Source: Ophelia neglecta (lineage: Eukaryota). From it: 64,000 nucleotides of DNA. The translations under genes and the position numbers were made by a program. Position 1 is the stretch's first letter; each line of letters begins with the position of its first letter. The stretch spans positions 93,868,001 through 93,932,000 of the forward strand of contig OZ260662.1 in NCBI GenBank assembly GCA_965285935.1, read 5' to 3'. Shown one piece after another: positions 12,700-26,500 of this stretch. Under the pieces are notes generated by a model. It had not been told where the DNA came from, searched no databases, and worked only from the letters and a program-made list of their open reading frames with translations.

Positions 12700-15600
12700 C
12701 GTTTGCCTATTTGTTATAGCGTGCACTATTAACTGATAAGATTAACTGTTTAAACAACTGAAATCTTCGGTAGATTACATTTTTCTCGTTTGCATTCGTA
12801 TAATATGCATAATATGCGGCAGTGTCTCATCTGACCGACCAGCAATGTGACCTATAGCAATGATTTTTTGACGTTGTTCCTTGTCGACAGGTTAACATAT
12901 ATTGTTAAGTCTGAGCCAATGGGTCCTGAATATTGATTTAACACATATCTATTAAATTCGTACCAAACATATGATGTGATTTTCGATGGACAGTATTTCA
13001 GCGTTTGGAGGTGCCCTCTAAGATGAGCATTACACTACGGCACATTAAATTATTTAATGCGCATACATAAGAGGGGGTCCGCTTGCACGGAACATAATTT
13101 TAAGCTTGTAGTCTTAAATTTCTATTTTTGTGAAATAAACCTAATGCTGAAATGTACATTCTAAGTAAATATACACCATGATTTGTGTGCTAGCATTAAC
13201 CCAGATAATGCTCTCCTAATATTATACTCGTCTTATTGTATACGGAGTATTATTATGACATAAACGGCATTGACAATAAAGCCGTTCATCGGTACAAATG
13301 TGTTGCTCATAATGAATCGGGTGCGCTATTTATCTCAAAGATAAAAAAGGATTTCCTTTGCAGATCATATACCGATTCCAGTAATTTTGAATACAAAATA
13401 CTTACGCGAACAACGTTGTTACCTAAATGTTGGAGGAAGGAGAGTCGAGAGCCGAAAGTCATTCCAAAACCAGCAGTCAAGAATGATTAAATGACTCTGA
13501 ATCTATAAATGCCCGTTAGAAATAGTGACCCAATAATGATCTCGACGTGAGGCGCTAGTCTGAACAATTTGCCTGTTGGGAGTAGTCCGAGCAACATTTT
13601 TCGAGGGCGAAGGTGGAGGAAAATAGTAAATCGGACACATCCCGCTGGAAGAATTGATTCGCTTGGTTTCCAATCAAAGTCCATTGAATTGCCAATTTGT
13701 AGAAACTGAAGCCATATCTTAGAATAACATCAATTGTCAAATCTCTTCATTGGCACAGTTCATATTAATATCATGGCTAATGTCTGGTTCACTGCCTAAG
13801 GCAGGTATTTAGCTGTGTAAAGTTCTACGGTGCTTCACACGAGGGAGCCACCTATGGCATATGCTAGTTTCTGGAAAAGTTCCCGCGCCTCTAGTCTGCT
13901 CAAGTAGGGCATGACGGCGAACTCGACATAAAAAAGCTGGATAATCTATGGAGGTGTAATGATCTCACATAATCAACATTGTTCCATGATGTTTGGCAAC
14001 CCACATAACAAATAGCCAGTGTCAGCGTAGGACGATGAGGAATATACCCAAGGACATAGAGTCTACAATGGAATATTTTCCCTAAATGTGCGACTCCAGG
14101 TGAAATTTTCTCCGACACACATGATTTATTATGGCAGCAAAAAATCATTGCGATCTTCAAAGGAAATTGATTTTACATTTATTCTGCAGGTCAATGTAAA
14201 TGATGCGCTGGGATAAAGCAGCATATTGTCTTTTTCAATCAAAGAGAGTATCCCATTTTATAGTCATGCTGATTTGCTAGGGCACGTCGAGTTTGTAATG
14301 TACATCGTTCACCTGGTCCAAGTATGATTGATTTGATTGGCATAAATAAAATTGATTTTCAGCAGCTCCACAAAGGAAAGTTTTATCCTTTTATAGCATC
14401 CAAGTCCAGAGAACAGTATCGGTGCGGCGCGATATTATACATATAAAGTCATATTCGTATCTTGAAGTCCCGTTGTATGATTTCTATAAGAAACAAGTGA
14501 GAGAATAGCCCACAGAGAAACTAAAATCGACAGAGAATATTTCCATAAATTGATACAAAACAAGTGGCGGGGCACAACATCTTTAGCCAGATGCAAATTG
14601 TGTTCCAATCGCTAGTAAGGTTTATGTATATCATACTTTCATTTCGCCCATACTTGCTAGATCGAACGTATTTTTCCTTTGCTGAAGGCTACAGAGCCGT
14701 CAATCCTACTAATGTAGTCAGTGATGCTCTATGATTTAAAAAAAAATTACCATGCTGTACTCCAGGGCCATGAACTTGGAATGCTGGACATATATATTCC
14801 CTTATATGTACTTGGCAATGGACAGGACGAAGTCAAAAGTCCAATTTCTTTCCATTAACAAACACGTTTATAACAAAACAAAAAAAACAAACAAATTATT
14901 TAGTATCTGAAAGGGTACCTGTGCTCAGCAAGTAAGCAGAAGCTAAGTGTGCGCATTAGTGTTATCAACCAATACAAGAAGAATGTAAGCAGTAGTGGCT
15001 CTTTAAAGAGAATTTCACCTGTGCCAATTTAAATGCAAATCTTTCATTAGCATGTCCCTTAAACAAATAATCAGCAATTTTACTCGTGAATCAATTGAGG
15101 AATATATGCTATCACTTGAGATCCTGACCTCGTGTGTACCTTTGTAACTCATTTGGACTGCCTTCGTGACTTAATTCAAGTATTCATTGCCACTGATTGA
15201 TGAACCGTGCATATATAATTAATACGCTGGTTGTTTCGATCATATCGGCTAATTCTTTTGGCAATAATCAGACAAGTTTCATTTGTTTTCCACTCACATT
15301 CACAATTATCATATAGACAATGATTTTTGGTATATTTGGCCATGAGAAATGGCACTAAACCACATGTAGAGTATCTGTTCGAGGATTATCTTGCTCGAGG
15401 TAATGAATGGGTAACTGTTCCGCAGTGCGATTCGTTGGCCTTGGTGGGCAAATAATTTGGCTATCTCTCATCCCATGGGCGTTATTACTTGGTAAACATG
15501 GGTCATCACGTCAATGCTTACTCTGTTGATTCATTGGCTCGATTAAATCGTGAGGCTCGTAATTCAATTAATTCAAATGATGTTGTTTCAGCTTGGGTGA

Positions 15601-18600
15601 AACCGCAAGGTCCCATCAAAATGTTTCGTCCACAACACGACAACGCTGGCTAGAAATATGTTTTGTGAGGTGCTTCACAGCTAGAACTTGAACAGTTTAT
15701 CATGTCGTTCAAGGCGAGTTAGGTACATAAGATGGACAATGGCTGTAGTGTGATATTCTACCAATTTTCATCCGTCCGTGAAAGCCGACACAAATCTTTG
15801 TTAATAGACTTTCAAATTATTACGTGTTGAGAAGGACAAAACATTACAAGACTACTTCCATTTTGACTTGGCCTCAATATTTATTTATAGACAAAAATAG
15901 GCCTTTTGGATAAATCAAACATATACTTTAACATTACTATTGAATTGATGAGAGAAAAGTTGAGAATTTAGCATAACAATATCTCGGCATATCTGCCTTC
16001 AGAAGAATAACTTGTTTTTTTTCCTAAAAATAATACAACGAGTGATCGAATATACAAATAATTGGTTTCCCGTGTAAAACAAACTCAGTATACTCTTCAG
16101 CCTTTCAGCCTTACAACTATCCACACAATCAACAGGACACGTACATTTGAAAATAGTTCCTAAACATTTATGTTTTAGCCTGCGAATCAGTAGCTTTGTG
16201 TCAAACAGCTCGTACATACAGTGAGACTTAGCGTACCTTTGAATCAATTAAGTGGACTATTCGTGATAATTGATTATTGTTTTTGCTATATCTGCTTGGT
16301 ATACACTCCCGTTTTTGCTGTTCTATATCGGTCTATCAGGCATTTAAAATATGCTTTCCTGATAAAAAACATTACCCCAGAGCAGTAATATATATGAGGT
16401 CTTTTCTGTCTGATATCAATGGTATGTTAGTCTTTATATAGTTAGATAACTCTTAAAAACTTTTCGAACAATATTAGTAGCAGGTTGCATACATTGGTAA
16501 TAAATATGTCTACAAGATAGTGGTGAATAAGTATTTAATGGCGTCTAATTAATGGCCAGTGTACATAATCCATAAAGCCTCAAGCCCCCCCCCCCCCCCC
16601 CAGTTAACAGATACCTTTGCATCTACACTCTCCAGCCCCGGCTCCCGGCAAGCACTTTTTGATATTAAAACTACCCATTTGAATATTAAGGTCGAATAAT
16701 GCCTGGCTGTGTCCCTCGCTGCGTCGGCCCCGGAGTGGCGGCACCGGTTCGCTCTCCTGTCATTTCATACAGAAAACCAGCCTGCTATCCCTTTTCTACA
16801 TCGGCATTGGCCTTAATTTATTGCTCATAGTAACTGCGTTTGTTACTTGTCTTTCATTTCGGCTGGCTCTGATAAGGAATGGCTTGCTTCTTAACATATA
16901 ATAGGTAGTTTATCATTTGCAATGGAATAGGATGAACACGTTGTTCCTATTTGAGATAAAAGAAACATTAAATATGCTTTTGCAATATATGTTAAAAACA
17001 CGAAACATTGTAATGAAAATTACTTTTATCATTGAGAATTCTAACGTTGAGCTTATGGCTTGCACAATGGTCCCCTAGCTTCCAGACATCTCAGTATGTT
17101 CAATAAAGAGGTAAACTGCCTATCGCCGCTCTCTTCTCTGCCATTTTACTAGCGACAAAAACATCATTCCCTTGAAGAACCCATAAATAGTTCCTATTCA
17201 AGAAGAAAATCGATTTCCCTTTCTCTCAAAGGTCAATTTTATGGTAGCTATAAAATCCCAAGGGTGCCGTTGCCCGCAATGAATGTCTGGAAGCAGCCTA
17301 TAGTTACATGCCATGCACTACTTTGCTATGAACTGCTGAACTTCGAATTTGCGTACCAGCAGGGCTGTGGTGCTAGCCGATCAATTCCTAATGTTCATGT
17401 ATGTAAGATTGTTCGAGTATAAGGCTCTTAATGATAACGGAAAGGCCCTTAAATTGTCTGCACTCTTGATATTCAGGCACCACATTATCGAAGAAATCGA
17501 TTTTATGTATCCATTTTAATCGTCACTCTCCCGTCCCATATAAAGATTACAGATATAACCCCATGCAGATGCGATCCTATCGGAGAAATAACAAAAAACT
17601 GTTTCCGGAAAATGCATGGCATCACACAAATGATAATCAGGGTAGGCTGCGAAATTCCCTGATCAAGGATATTGCCTGATCATTAAAAAAAAAACAGGCA
17701 CCGTTAACGTTTTCGGACGAACCGTCATTTTAGCTGAATCAACAGTTTCATCTCGCATGCAAAAGCCTTAACTTGAGCCCAATCGTCGTCATTTCGTACA
17801 CCACCAAATAGCACTTGTTTTGAATGCTGTGTTCCCTGCATATTGTGAAAAAGCATGACATATACCATGCCTGCTTTTACAGCTTTCCTTAACACATGTC
17901 GACTGGCTGCAATATTGGAGAGCTTATAACTGTTTGAATGCCGCCTGAATAAGAATGTGCAATTTTGCTTAAACCATCAATCAAGGAAGCAGGGGATGCA
18001 AAACGATGTTTTCCATCATGAATTGATCGAAATGTAGGAAATATCGTTCACGATTGCCTCCATTTCAATAAATTGATACTGAACTAGTTTGCTTAGCCAA
18101 GTGCCAACACGCCGTGTGTACACTTAGACAGTGTTCTGTGTATTAGACCAGTCTTGAAATAGCTCGGTCCATTATGTTTGAACAAAGTATCATTCCATAC
18201 TGACGTATGATGGGTATTCGTATTTTTGTTACCTGTTTGTGTTAACATCACGATTTGCCTATTAAAATAGCCAATATACTCTCCTTTTATAAACAAGAAG
18301 GCATAAGAATAATTGGGCACTAAATTACCTTGAATTAGCGTTCGAAAAATGTTTATTGTCGGATCTCCGTTTTCAAAATCGAGTTTAAGGTATTGTGCTC
18401 TCTGCTTAATTACAGATTATAAAAGTCACAGGACTCTCAAAGCCTTACAATTATGTCCCTGCCCTATAGGTTTATATTGCTTCAGTCTCAGGACCCGACT
18501 TTCATAATTGTTTCCAGGATACTTTTCAGCTTCGAAAAAGCAGGACCATTAATTGATTTCCACTGATGTCAGTGTAGTACAAAATAAAACAGGAGTGAGA

Positions 18601-21600
18601 TTACCATTTTATACAAAACTAAGTTCGTTTACAATTTGTTCCACTTAAGGAATTGTTCCACTGTTTAGGACAATTATGTATCTGTCAGCTCTGTCACCTG
18701 CAAATTACCTGAAGGCCTGAAAAAAAATTCTTACTGGTGAATCTGAAACGGATTTCACATTTGTATCATAGTTCATATCTGGTAATTGGCACAATATACG
18801 CGGAATAAACAGTTTCGCATCAGATTCACACATGGTGGACTGATATATATGGATGGCGAACTCACATGAAGTCTGTGTAGGGCCTATGTGTCGGCATGTC
18901 TGTGGAAATGCCTACCTTACCCATGCAACAGTCTGGTGAACACAGGTGTTCACTGAGGCATGGTCCAGAAAAAAGCAGTGGATTAATAGCACAATAACTG
19001 GGGATTATGTTATAAGTCAGTTAACACATTTGAGCACGTGGATTCAGTGATGAATGCTCTCGCACCTTCGGCGCTCCTGCATTAAGTGCTCTAAATCCAC
19101 ACGTTATCATGTTACCATGCTAAGGGGCACAATACGCTTTACAAGCTTTCAAATTTCGAGTGGTTGCATGTTAACACGTTTAAAGCTGGTGAGTCATATA
19201 TTTAACTTAACCGGTGGTTTCTATGAGTTGAGCCATATGTTCATATGATATAGCGCCCGTTTCGCGACATGCCATCCAGAGTGACACAAAGGACTCTAAT
19301 CATCAAACTGAACAGCACTTGCTAAGTATTTGTTCAGCGGTTCTTGTAAATTGACGTCATATCCTTCATCCAACCTATCCGTTTATCGCCCCTCGGCAAG
19401 GTCAAACATATATCAAGTGTACATACATAGAAGGCGGAATGTCAGGGCAATAGACTTAAACGTACGCGGCTTCTGTCAAAGGTTAGTACCAGTCGACCAT
19501 TTTCATTTGTAGATTGTACACAATTGTGTTCCTAAAAAATATTTAATATTAAACGTTCTAGCTGGTTTATTGTCAAATCAAAGCCCATAGCTAATATAAT
19601 GAGGGAAAGTATGTCATTCGATATTACTACCAATAGGCATACGTTGTAAACTACGCTTTGCCAATTAAGTGCAGTTAAGTTTGAAATCTTGATTAAGGCA
19701 TGCTAAAACGGAATGTTTACTTGTTAACTTGATGTAAGATCGCCAGGGTACATTCCTGTTACATGTAATTCATTAATTATAACTTGCTATTTGACTTCAG
19801 TTTTGTATGCTATACATATATGATCATATCGTCATATGAACTTTGTTGATGAGACACCAAGGATGGACGAGTTCATCAATAAATCAATATTCTTTACTCG
19901 AATATTCGTTGATCGACGTTCAATGACTTATCAAAGTCACAGTGATTAAAAAAATAATTGTTATTGTAAAGGCGAAGATTCCAATACATGCACGGAATGC
20001 ATCTACACTAATTCCAACAGTAAATGATAAAAGGGCCTCGAAAATAATATATACACTGCCCGTATAAAACAACACTAGCTGGGTGCCCAACATTTTTGTC
20101 GGACTCGACCCCAATGCTGCTATGCTCTTCAAACATGTTAGCTTATGCGCAGCTTTTGCTGGTAAAATCATCATCATGTGTAGGTTTGTGTTTCCAGCTA
20201 AGGTCACATCCAGTTCCAATTAGAAAATCCACCTAAAAGGTCACCTACGGGATGGCGGTTATGACACTCGTTTGTGGGGACCCCTTTGGCCTGCTACTTG
20301 TATTATGTTGGCATTTCCGCCCGGGAGATCTAATATAAAAAGGTTCTCGGGCAAGGCGACACATGATTAGTTGTGCGGTGTTGGCGGACATGGCCACCTA
20401 TCTGCGATATTAAGTTATAAATAGAGGCGTGATGTATTCTAAGTTTCACACGGGAAAATGAATCAACGAGAATTCGATGGTAACCTCTATGCAACGGTTG
20501 CAATTGTGGTTGGTTGGACGACATGTGTTTGATATATATGTTTGGTTTTAGTGCATAACCCAAGGTGTAAGCATTCTTATTCAATATTTAAAGTATCTTC
20601 AGGGGTCTCTCAAAATTCATGCGTTCTAGTGTTTTGTTTGAAAGTGTTATTCAGGCCCTGCAGTATTGAAGAAGTTAGTGACAAGGAAGGGGAGTAAATC
20701 TCTATTTCTTTGACTATTGGTACATTGTTATTTCGACTAACACTTGCGACGCTGAATGGAGCAATATCATGAATAGCTGTGGACGCATGTGAAACGATTG
20801 AAAGTACATTATCCGCATTGTCACTCATTTGCCCATATATCGCCAACTGGTGGATTATTTTTCCTCTAATAGATTCTAAAGTTTTATCTTTTTGAGTAAT
20901 GTTTGTTTATGAATGATAGTTTGAGTTGTTCGTGAAGTGCTTTATATAAGCTAATTGCCCCTCTTACAATTGACGTTCCAACCCTACACAATACGTCTTT
21001 GTTTAAGTAAATATTTAGCTTATCTCTTGAGTTCATGCACACGTGTTAGGGTTGTTAAATGACATGAAGTATGTTTGGTGTATTAATTTTAAACACATGT
21101 TTTCTTATTGTGAAATCTTGTGAATTCGCCGATAAAGGTCACCGCCAAGGGCGTAATTTAAATACAGCTTCGGTAAAACGTTTTTTTTTTTTCGCTTAGA
21201 CATATTGAAGATTGTATTCAGACCGCTAACAGCTCTGACCTACGCGGTGCATTATTGTTCTTATCGTACTTACTACAGCGTATTAAAGACCTTGTGAGGC
21301 GGTTCTCCATTTTCTGACCAAATGTTTCATAACAAATTCAAATGATTTAGAAGTCCGAATTAATCCTGTGTTAGTTTGGTATACAATAAAACTCCTGCGT
21401 GCTGTGACTTACCTCTTGTCTATTTTTGACACACATACAAGTTCCATTTAAACTTATTCGCCACTCTGCTTGACACTTATCATATATATCTTGTATTGAC
21501 ACTCATTGGAGGACATTGACTTATAAGGGCATACACTTAGATATACGGAGAGCTGTCCTGAGCGCAGGCGGCAATTATCGGGACGCCTCCCTTACAATGG

Positions 21601-21755
21601 GGACGCAACAAACGCAATCAGTCCAACATCACAATGTTACGAAATCCACTAAGCTTGTGACCTCTTTGTCGCAACACGACATTACTTGTGGGTAGTGGAG
21701 AGTTGACACAAAGGCAGTTGACATGGGGTGGATTTTGCATAAGTCAACACACTCG

Positions 21756-21833
21756 GAACGCTACATTACCAGAAAACAATGTCTTCGGGGCAAAGCCTGT
21801 CAGACAACATTATTTTCTGGTAATGTAGCGTTC
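21756..21833. repeat. Near-perfect inverted repeat / 78-nt hairpin
   Basis: gaacgctacattaccagaaaa (21756-21776) is the exact reverse complement of ttttctggtaatgtagcgttc (21813-21833). The stem extends to 27 bp with one mismatch. Confidence 0.9.
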
Positions 21834-23633
21834 TTCAGGCATTAACTTAAACATATATGTAGATATGTGGTGTCTTTTTTGCGCGACAACTCGCCGGCTG
21901 CTTTTCGTTCCTTCCTGCTCAATTTACCACTCATTTCCGCTTCACAAATCAATGATATCACTTATACGGCATTGCCATGTGCCTGTATTTTTTGTAGCTG
22001 TAAGAAAGTCTCTACCCCACATATTCTCTGGCGTAATTAACCGCGTGTCAGTCTTATGTTTCCATATAACAACTTCAGGTAATTATTGGTAGAACAGTTC
22101 TGATGGAAACCAAGTTTGCCATCATATTTTATGTGTTTTTGATTGAATGCCTGTTTTTGTTGGTGGAGAAGTTATTGAGCTTTCCGCACTTTTTATTAGA
22201 AGCCATGTATCAACTCCCTGAACATTGCACCTTTATTAGTCTATTAGACTTTCCGAAATGAGATATGGCAACCATAATAAAATAATTAACACCCTTATCG
22301 AATAGTAATGGTTGCAGTCATTTATAATGAACATGTCGAAGGCTACTCGTTCAAATGCTTAAGATTTACACACTAGGCCATTTACATGTGTGTTGCGATG
22401 TTCTAACAAAAGATTTGACACTGCCCAATTTCTGCCCTTTTGTTTGACTGTGAATGGTTTATGTGGCTTCTTGCCCTTCAAGGAAATGTCCTGGGTTGAG
22501 ATTTTGACAATCCAAGTTCAGTTTGTAAGACTCATAACAGGCATAATCTAAACTAAACAATCCTATTTCACATTAATACGATAATGATGAACTGGCCTAA
22601 AATATCCAAAATCGGTGTCCGTGCCATTATTATATTCAATTTATAATGAGCCATTTAGAATGGAGGGCATATGCCACAGAAACTGTAAAATATAATCCAT
22701 CTAAGAAATATATATATATATGAGTGAAATATGAATGTCAATACTAAGCATAGATTGGATATACCTAACTGCAAAATCTACTGTGGAAGGGCGGCCGTCC
22801 ACATGATTCTTTCTGAACCGGCTACAGCGCGTATACAGTATCCGAAATCATAAGTCAGCTGCTTCTCCAAAACATCCCGACACGCTTCCCTAAGCGTTTA
22901 TAAATTTGTAATAAAATTGATAATAACAATAATATATAATTTAATGTTTGCAATGAAATAGTCAACATTTTTCATGAAACATGTCAGAACTAAAATAAGA
23001 GTCAGTGGTCAGCGTAAGCAAAAGATGAAATTTGCTTTAGGAGAGTCTGGTTTAACTAAGCTGTCTGATAATTGTTAGATGAAATTGTCGCAAAAAAACC
23101 ACAAGATTAATAAGGGAGTAAAAGGTCCTACAGACTACAAAGAGGAAAGGGTGGTATAACTCTTTGATCAATCGATAACATATTACGAATTAAATGTGAA
23201 GCCGCCCCGTTTTAATTGTAGCTAAACACGTGCGTCTGCACCGGAATACATCATGTATTTATCTGTGTGTAGTAGATGTACGTAGCCCCTAACCATAGTG
23301 TGGTCAATCAGTGAAAGCAATTTTAGTCTTTTCTTCGTGATATAATATTATTAATACAACGCAAACTAGAACCTAAATGTGAACTGTCAAAAAGCGAATG
23401 GTCGATTATATATTGGTTTCCTCTCTTCTGAGAATCAAAAATGTCCTTCAGACATATGTTAAACCCAAATGCAAGTGAATAATCTACATTTATTTTCCGG
23501 CAGTAATTACTCGGCTATTTATATATCTTGGACATCAGTTGTTTTTGAAAACATGATTATCAATGCTCAGCAGAGTTGAGATACGCCCCTTTTGCAGTGT
23601 GTAGCTTAGGTATATATTTGATCTTTGTCCTAC

Positions 23634-23691
23634 TTAAACCGGCTCGTCTGTTTAAAACCGGCTCGTCTGTTTAAAACCGGCTCGTTTGTTT
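23634..23691. repeat. 19-bp tandem repeat x3
   Basis: Unit aaaccggctcgtctgttta starts at 23636, 23655 and 23674. Confidence 0.95.
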
Positions 23692-23830
23692 TGTGATCTG
23701 ACTGGTATCATGGAAAACTGCTATCTTCTTTTTATTCCAAGTGACATCAATTATTTGTTTTGGACTGTGCGGAACTGTGGCTGCTGGATCCTGATGATTG
23801 CGGACCGATTTTATTTAGAGATTTCACCTC
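23686..23830 (+). repeat. Copy of an unnamed dispersed repeat family
   Basis: Shares catggaaaactgctat..caagtgacatcaa and gctgctggatcctgatgattgcggacc with the reverse complement of 37130-37310, and ctgtggctgctgg with ~32229. Confidence 0.65.
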
Positions 23831-23873
23831 CGCCAAGATTTCATGCCTCACCTTTATTCAAAGCCGTATTAAT

Positions 23874-23952
23874 ATACAGGCTGGGTAAGCCATTTCGATA
23901 AATAATTCACCCATACAGGCTGGGTAAGCCATTTTCGATAAATAATTCAACC
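23874..23952. repeat. 39/40-bp tandem duplication
   Basis: atacaggctgggtaagccattt(t)cgataaataattca occurs at 23874 and 23913. Confidence 0.95.
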
Positions 23953-25223
23953 ATGACATGTCTTGTTATTTTGTATGATTGCAATCGGATGCTGTTATAT
24001 GTTCCAAAATGAACAACGTGAGTTCCGATCGCAGGAATTAATATCCGATTCCAATTTTGTTGCCGTTGCTATTACAATTGTTCTTCTATATGTCTATTTG
24101 GTAACATAGTTTGGCCAAACCGGATTCTTGGAATTATTCATATTTAAACCAAAAGGATAATCGTAATTTGTACCAATTCAGTTTTTCCATATAAGGTTTT
24201 TAATTCACCTACATTCCTTATTCTTTGTTGAAATAAATATCCTTTTTATCATTATATGCCATTACAATCAGCAATCGTGTGCATGTGAATAGGTCTAACT
24301 CTTTCTCCGGGCATCTCATGAATTAGATTTCATCTCATGCATTGATGTTGTGCGCAGAATGCCACGTCTTCGTGAAAAGATGACAAATATAAGTGAGATA
24401 ATATGTCTTGATTCAATTGGCTAGCTCGCATGGCAGCAAAATAAAGGCGCATGCAGACACATAGTATCCGGGATTATATATTCTGGGAAACCTACGGGCA
24501 AGATAGTCAATGAATTAATTTTAAAACTTAATAGCAATAGGGGATACTCGACAGAAATGCAAAAAAATAAATTAGTACTTATCCAATCATTCGGGTCAAA
24601 TAAATCTGGCCCTCAGCTGCAGACCCACAAATATCAATCCAGAGAATACTTAATAGTAATTAAGAATACGTATAGCAATTTATTTCAGACAACCAGGATC
24701 ATGCTCATACCGCATGTAGCAGATGTGGGCAGCGACCACCGCGAAAATACAGGGAATGGACAACTTCTTAATTTGACTTGATCTTAAGTCTAAGAAGTTT
24801 ATTTCTCTGTAAAAAGGGACAACTTCCTTTAGCAAAAATGTCTTTGAATGTACAAGTGACAGATTTCGTTTTAGACGAAATTCTACCATGAGCTTTGGGT
24901 CAGTTTTACTATAGAATGTGAAGTAATTTTCGCATAAGAACAAAGCATACGCTATTTTTAGCACTTTTTTTTCGAAACATGGGTGTCAGCTTATATAAAA
25001 ATGATTTACATATAAACCTTTTAAAACATTAGCCCTTGGATATCAGCGTGAATAATGAACAGGGATCTGCCCAGAACAACCAGCATTCCTACATCACTTT
25101 TGTCATTTGCTGTACTAGTCAAAGAATCCAAGATATAGCTGGCGAAATCAGATAATTTATGGAGAGTGTTGACATTGATTAAAACTAATTTGAAGACAGT
25201 TGCAGGTCTTGTTTGTCATACTG

Positions 25224-25495
25224 GGGATGTTTCATAAAGTCCGATAAAGGTAGCATATTTTTGCTGGTTAGCGTGGCTAGCATTAGCTAACTTAAATACA
25301 AGAAGGCTATCGTGTTTTAAAAAACTAAAACATCCTCATGAGCAGGGCTATATGACTGGCTAGAATTTCAGTTTTTGCTTAAGATTGTGAGATTAAATAG
25401 CTACCTAAGCGTTGAGGATCTGTTTGGCATGGACAATTTAGCGCTGGCTTCATTTATAACTGGTTAACCGCTCATCCGACTTTTTGAAACACCCG
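25224..25495. mobile_element. PIF/Harbinger-like MITE (272 bp)
   Basis: The 22-bp TIRs gggatgtttcataaagtccgat and the reverse complement of the right end, cgggtgtttcaaaaagtcggat, differ at 4 positions. Both sides are flanked by CTG, a 3-bp CWG-type target duplication. Confidence 0.65.
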
Positions 25496-25734
25496 CTGAG
25501 TGCGTCTGGTGCCAATTGCCTGTATTGTTATCTAACATTCAAAAGGGTGTGTGCTACAATGAATATGTGGATAACCTTATGGCAGGATGAAATTCCAGAT
25601 TTCAATTGTCACATAGCCTGAGTTACCGGAGTTATCTTGAATATTTTATTAGAATCACCACCTTTAAATAAGGTCATTAGGTTTTTTTTACATTTCGATA
25701 CATAGATAAAAAGGCATTCGTCGAATACTTGTCT

Positions 25735-25850
25735 TATTGCGTGAATGTCTATTGACATTGCGTGAAATGTGAACTAAATTTTGTGTGAAATGTTAATGCC
25801 CTATTTTTATGTTGTGTGAACCGTGACCAGAACCCGCCTTAGGCCCCCTC
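25735..25850. mobile_element. Partial non-autonomous DNA transposon end (GTGAA-repeat type, Sola2-like terminus)
   Basis: Repeated (c/t)gtgaa motifs end in gtgaaccgtgaccagaacccgccttaggccccctc. A CCCTC terminus fits Sola2-like elements. The other end was not found. Confidence 0.35.
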
Positions 25851-26123
25851 CTTTAACATATTACAAAAACCTTAACCAGGTAATTTTTTGAAAAAACCAA
25901 TCGAAGCAGTTGCAATCATGCTTAGACCTTCTTTTAACTAATACTTGCATGAGAGCACATTAAAAATATTTTGTCTTCTGTCTTAGATAAAGAAGATAGA
26001 AACTTATATCACGAAAAACCTGCTATTCATTGCTGAAAAGAGAAGGTAGGAAATCTTTATAATCATAACAACGTTTGCATGAAATCTCAAGAAACTAATT
26101 CATGAACTTGGTCATCTATGATT

Positions 26124-26500
26124 CTTAAATTACGCCCAGTTTCTGTGTTACCATTATTGTCTAAAATACTGGAACGACTAATGTATAATCGTTTATTTTA
26201 TTTTATCAATAAACCTAATGTACTACAAGAATACCAATTCGGCTTCCGTGAACAAAGGCTAACTTATCTAGCAATAATAATACTTGTTGACAAAATATCC
26301 TGTGCTTTAGACAGTGGAGAGTTGTGTCATAGGCTTCTTTCTAGATTTTTAAAAGACATTTTACACAGTTGACCATGCGATATCGTTTCTAAACCTGAGG
26401 GGATATGTGATTGGGGAGGTTGCTCCAGCCCTAGCTATATCGGATACGAAATGTGGAGTGCCTTAGGACTATGACTTCCTTTTATTTCTATTTGCTGTAT
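26124..26500 (+). mobile_element. CR1-type LINE reverse transcriptase fragment
   Basis: LRPVSVLPLLSKILERLMYNRL..QFGFR..LVDKI, then frameshifted GFFLDF*KTFYTVDH (cf. LDFSKAFDTVDH), then after a deletion KCGVP*G (cf. GVPQG). Confidence 0.9.

Noticed and set aside
19040-19099. ggatt-ca-GTGATGA...ctaa-atcc as a C/D snoRNA
   Set aside because: Box D is CTAA rather than CTGA, the segment is only ~60 nt, and there is no properly placed guide.
23634-23952. Short direct repeats as a CRISPR-like array
   Set aside because: The units are head-to-tail with no unique spacers, the context is eukaryotic, and there are no cas genes.
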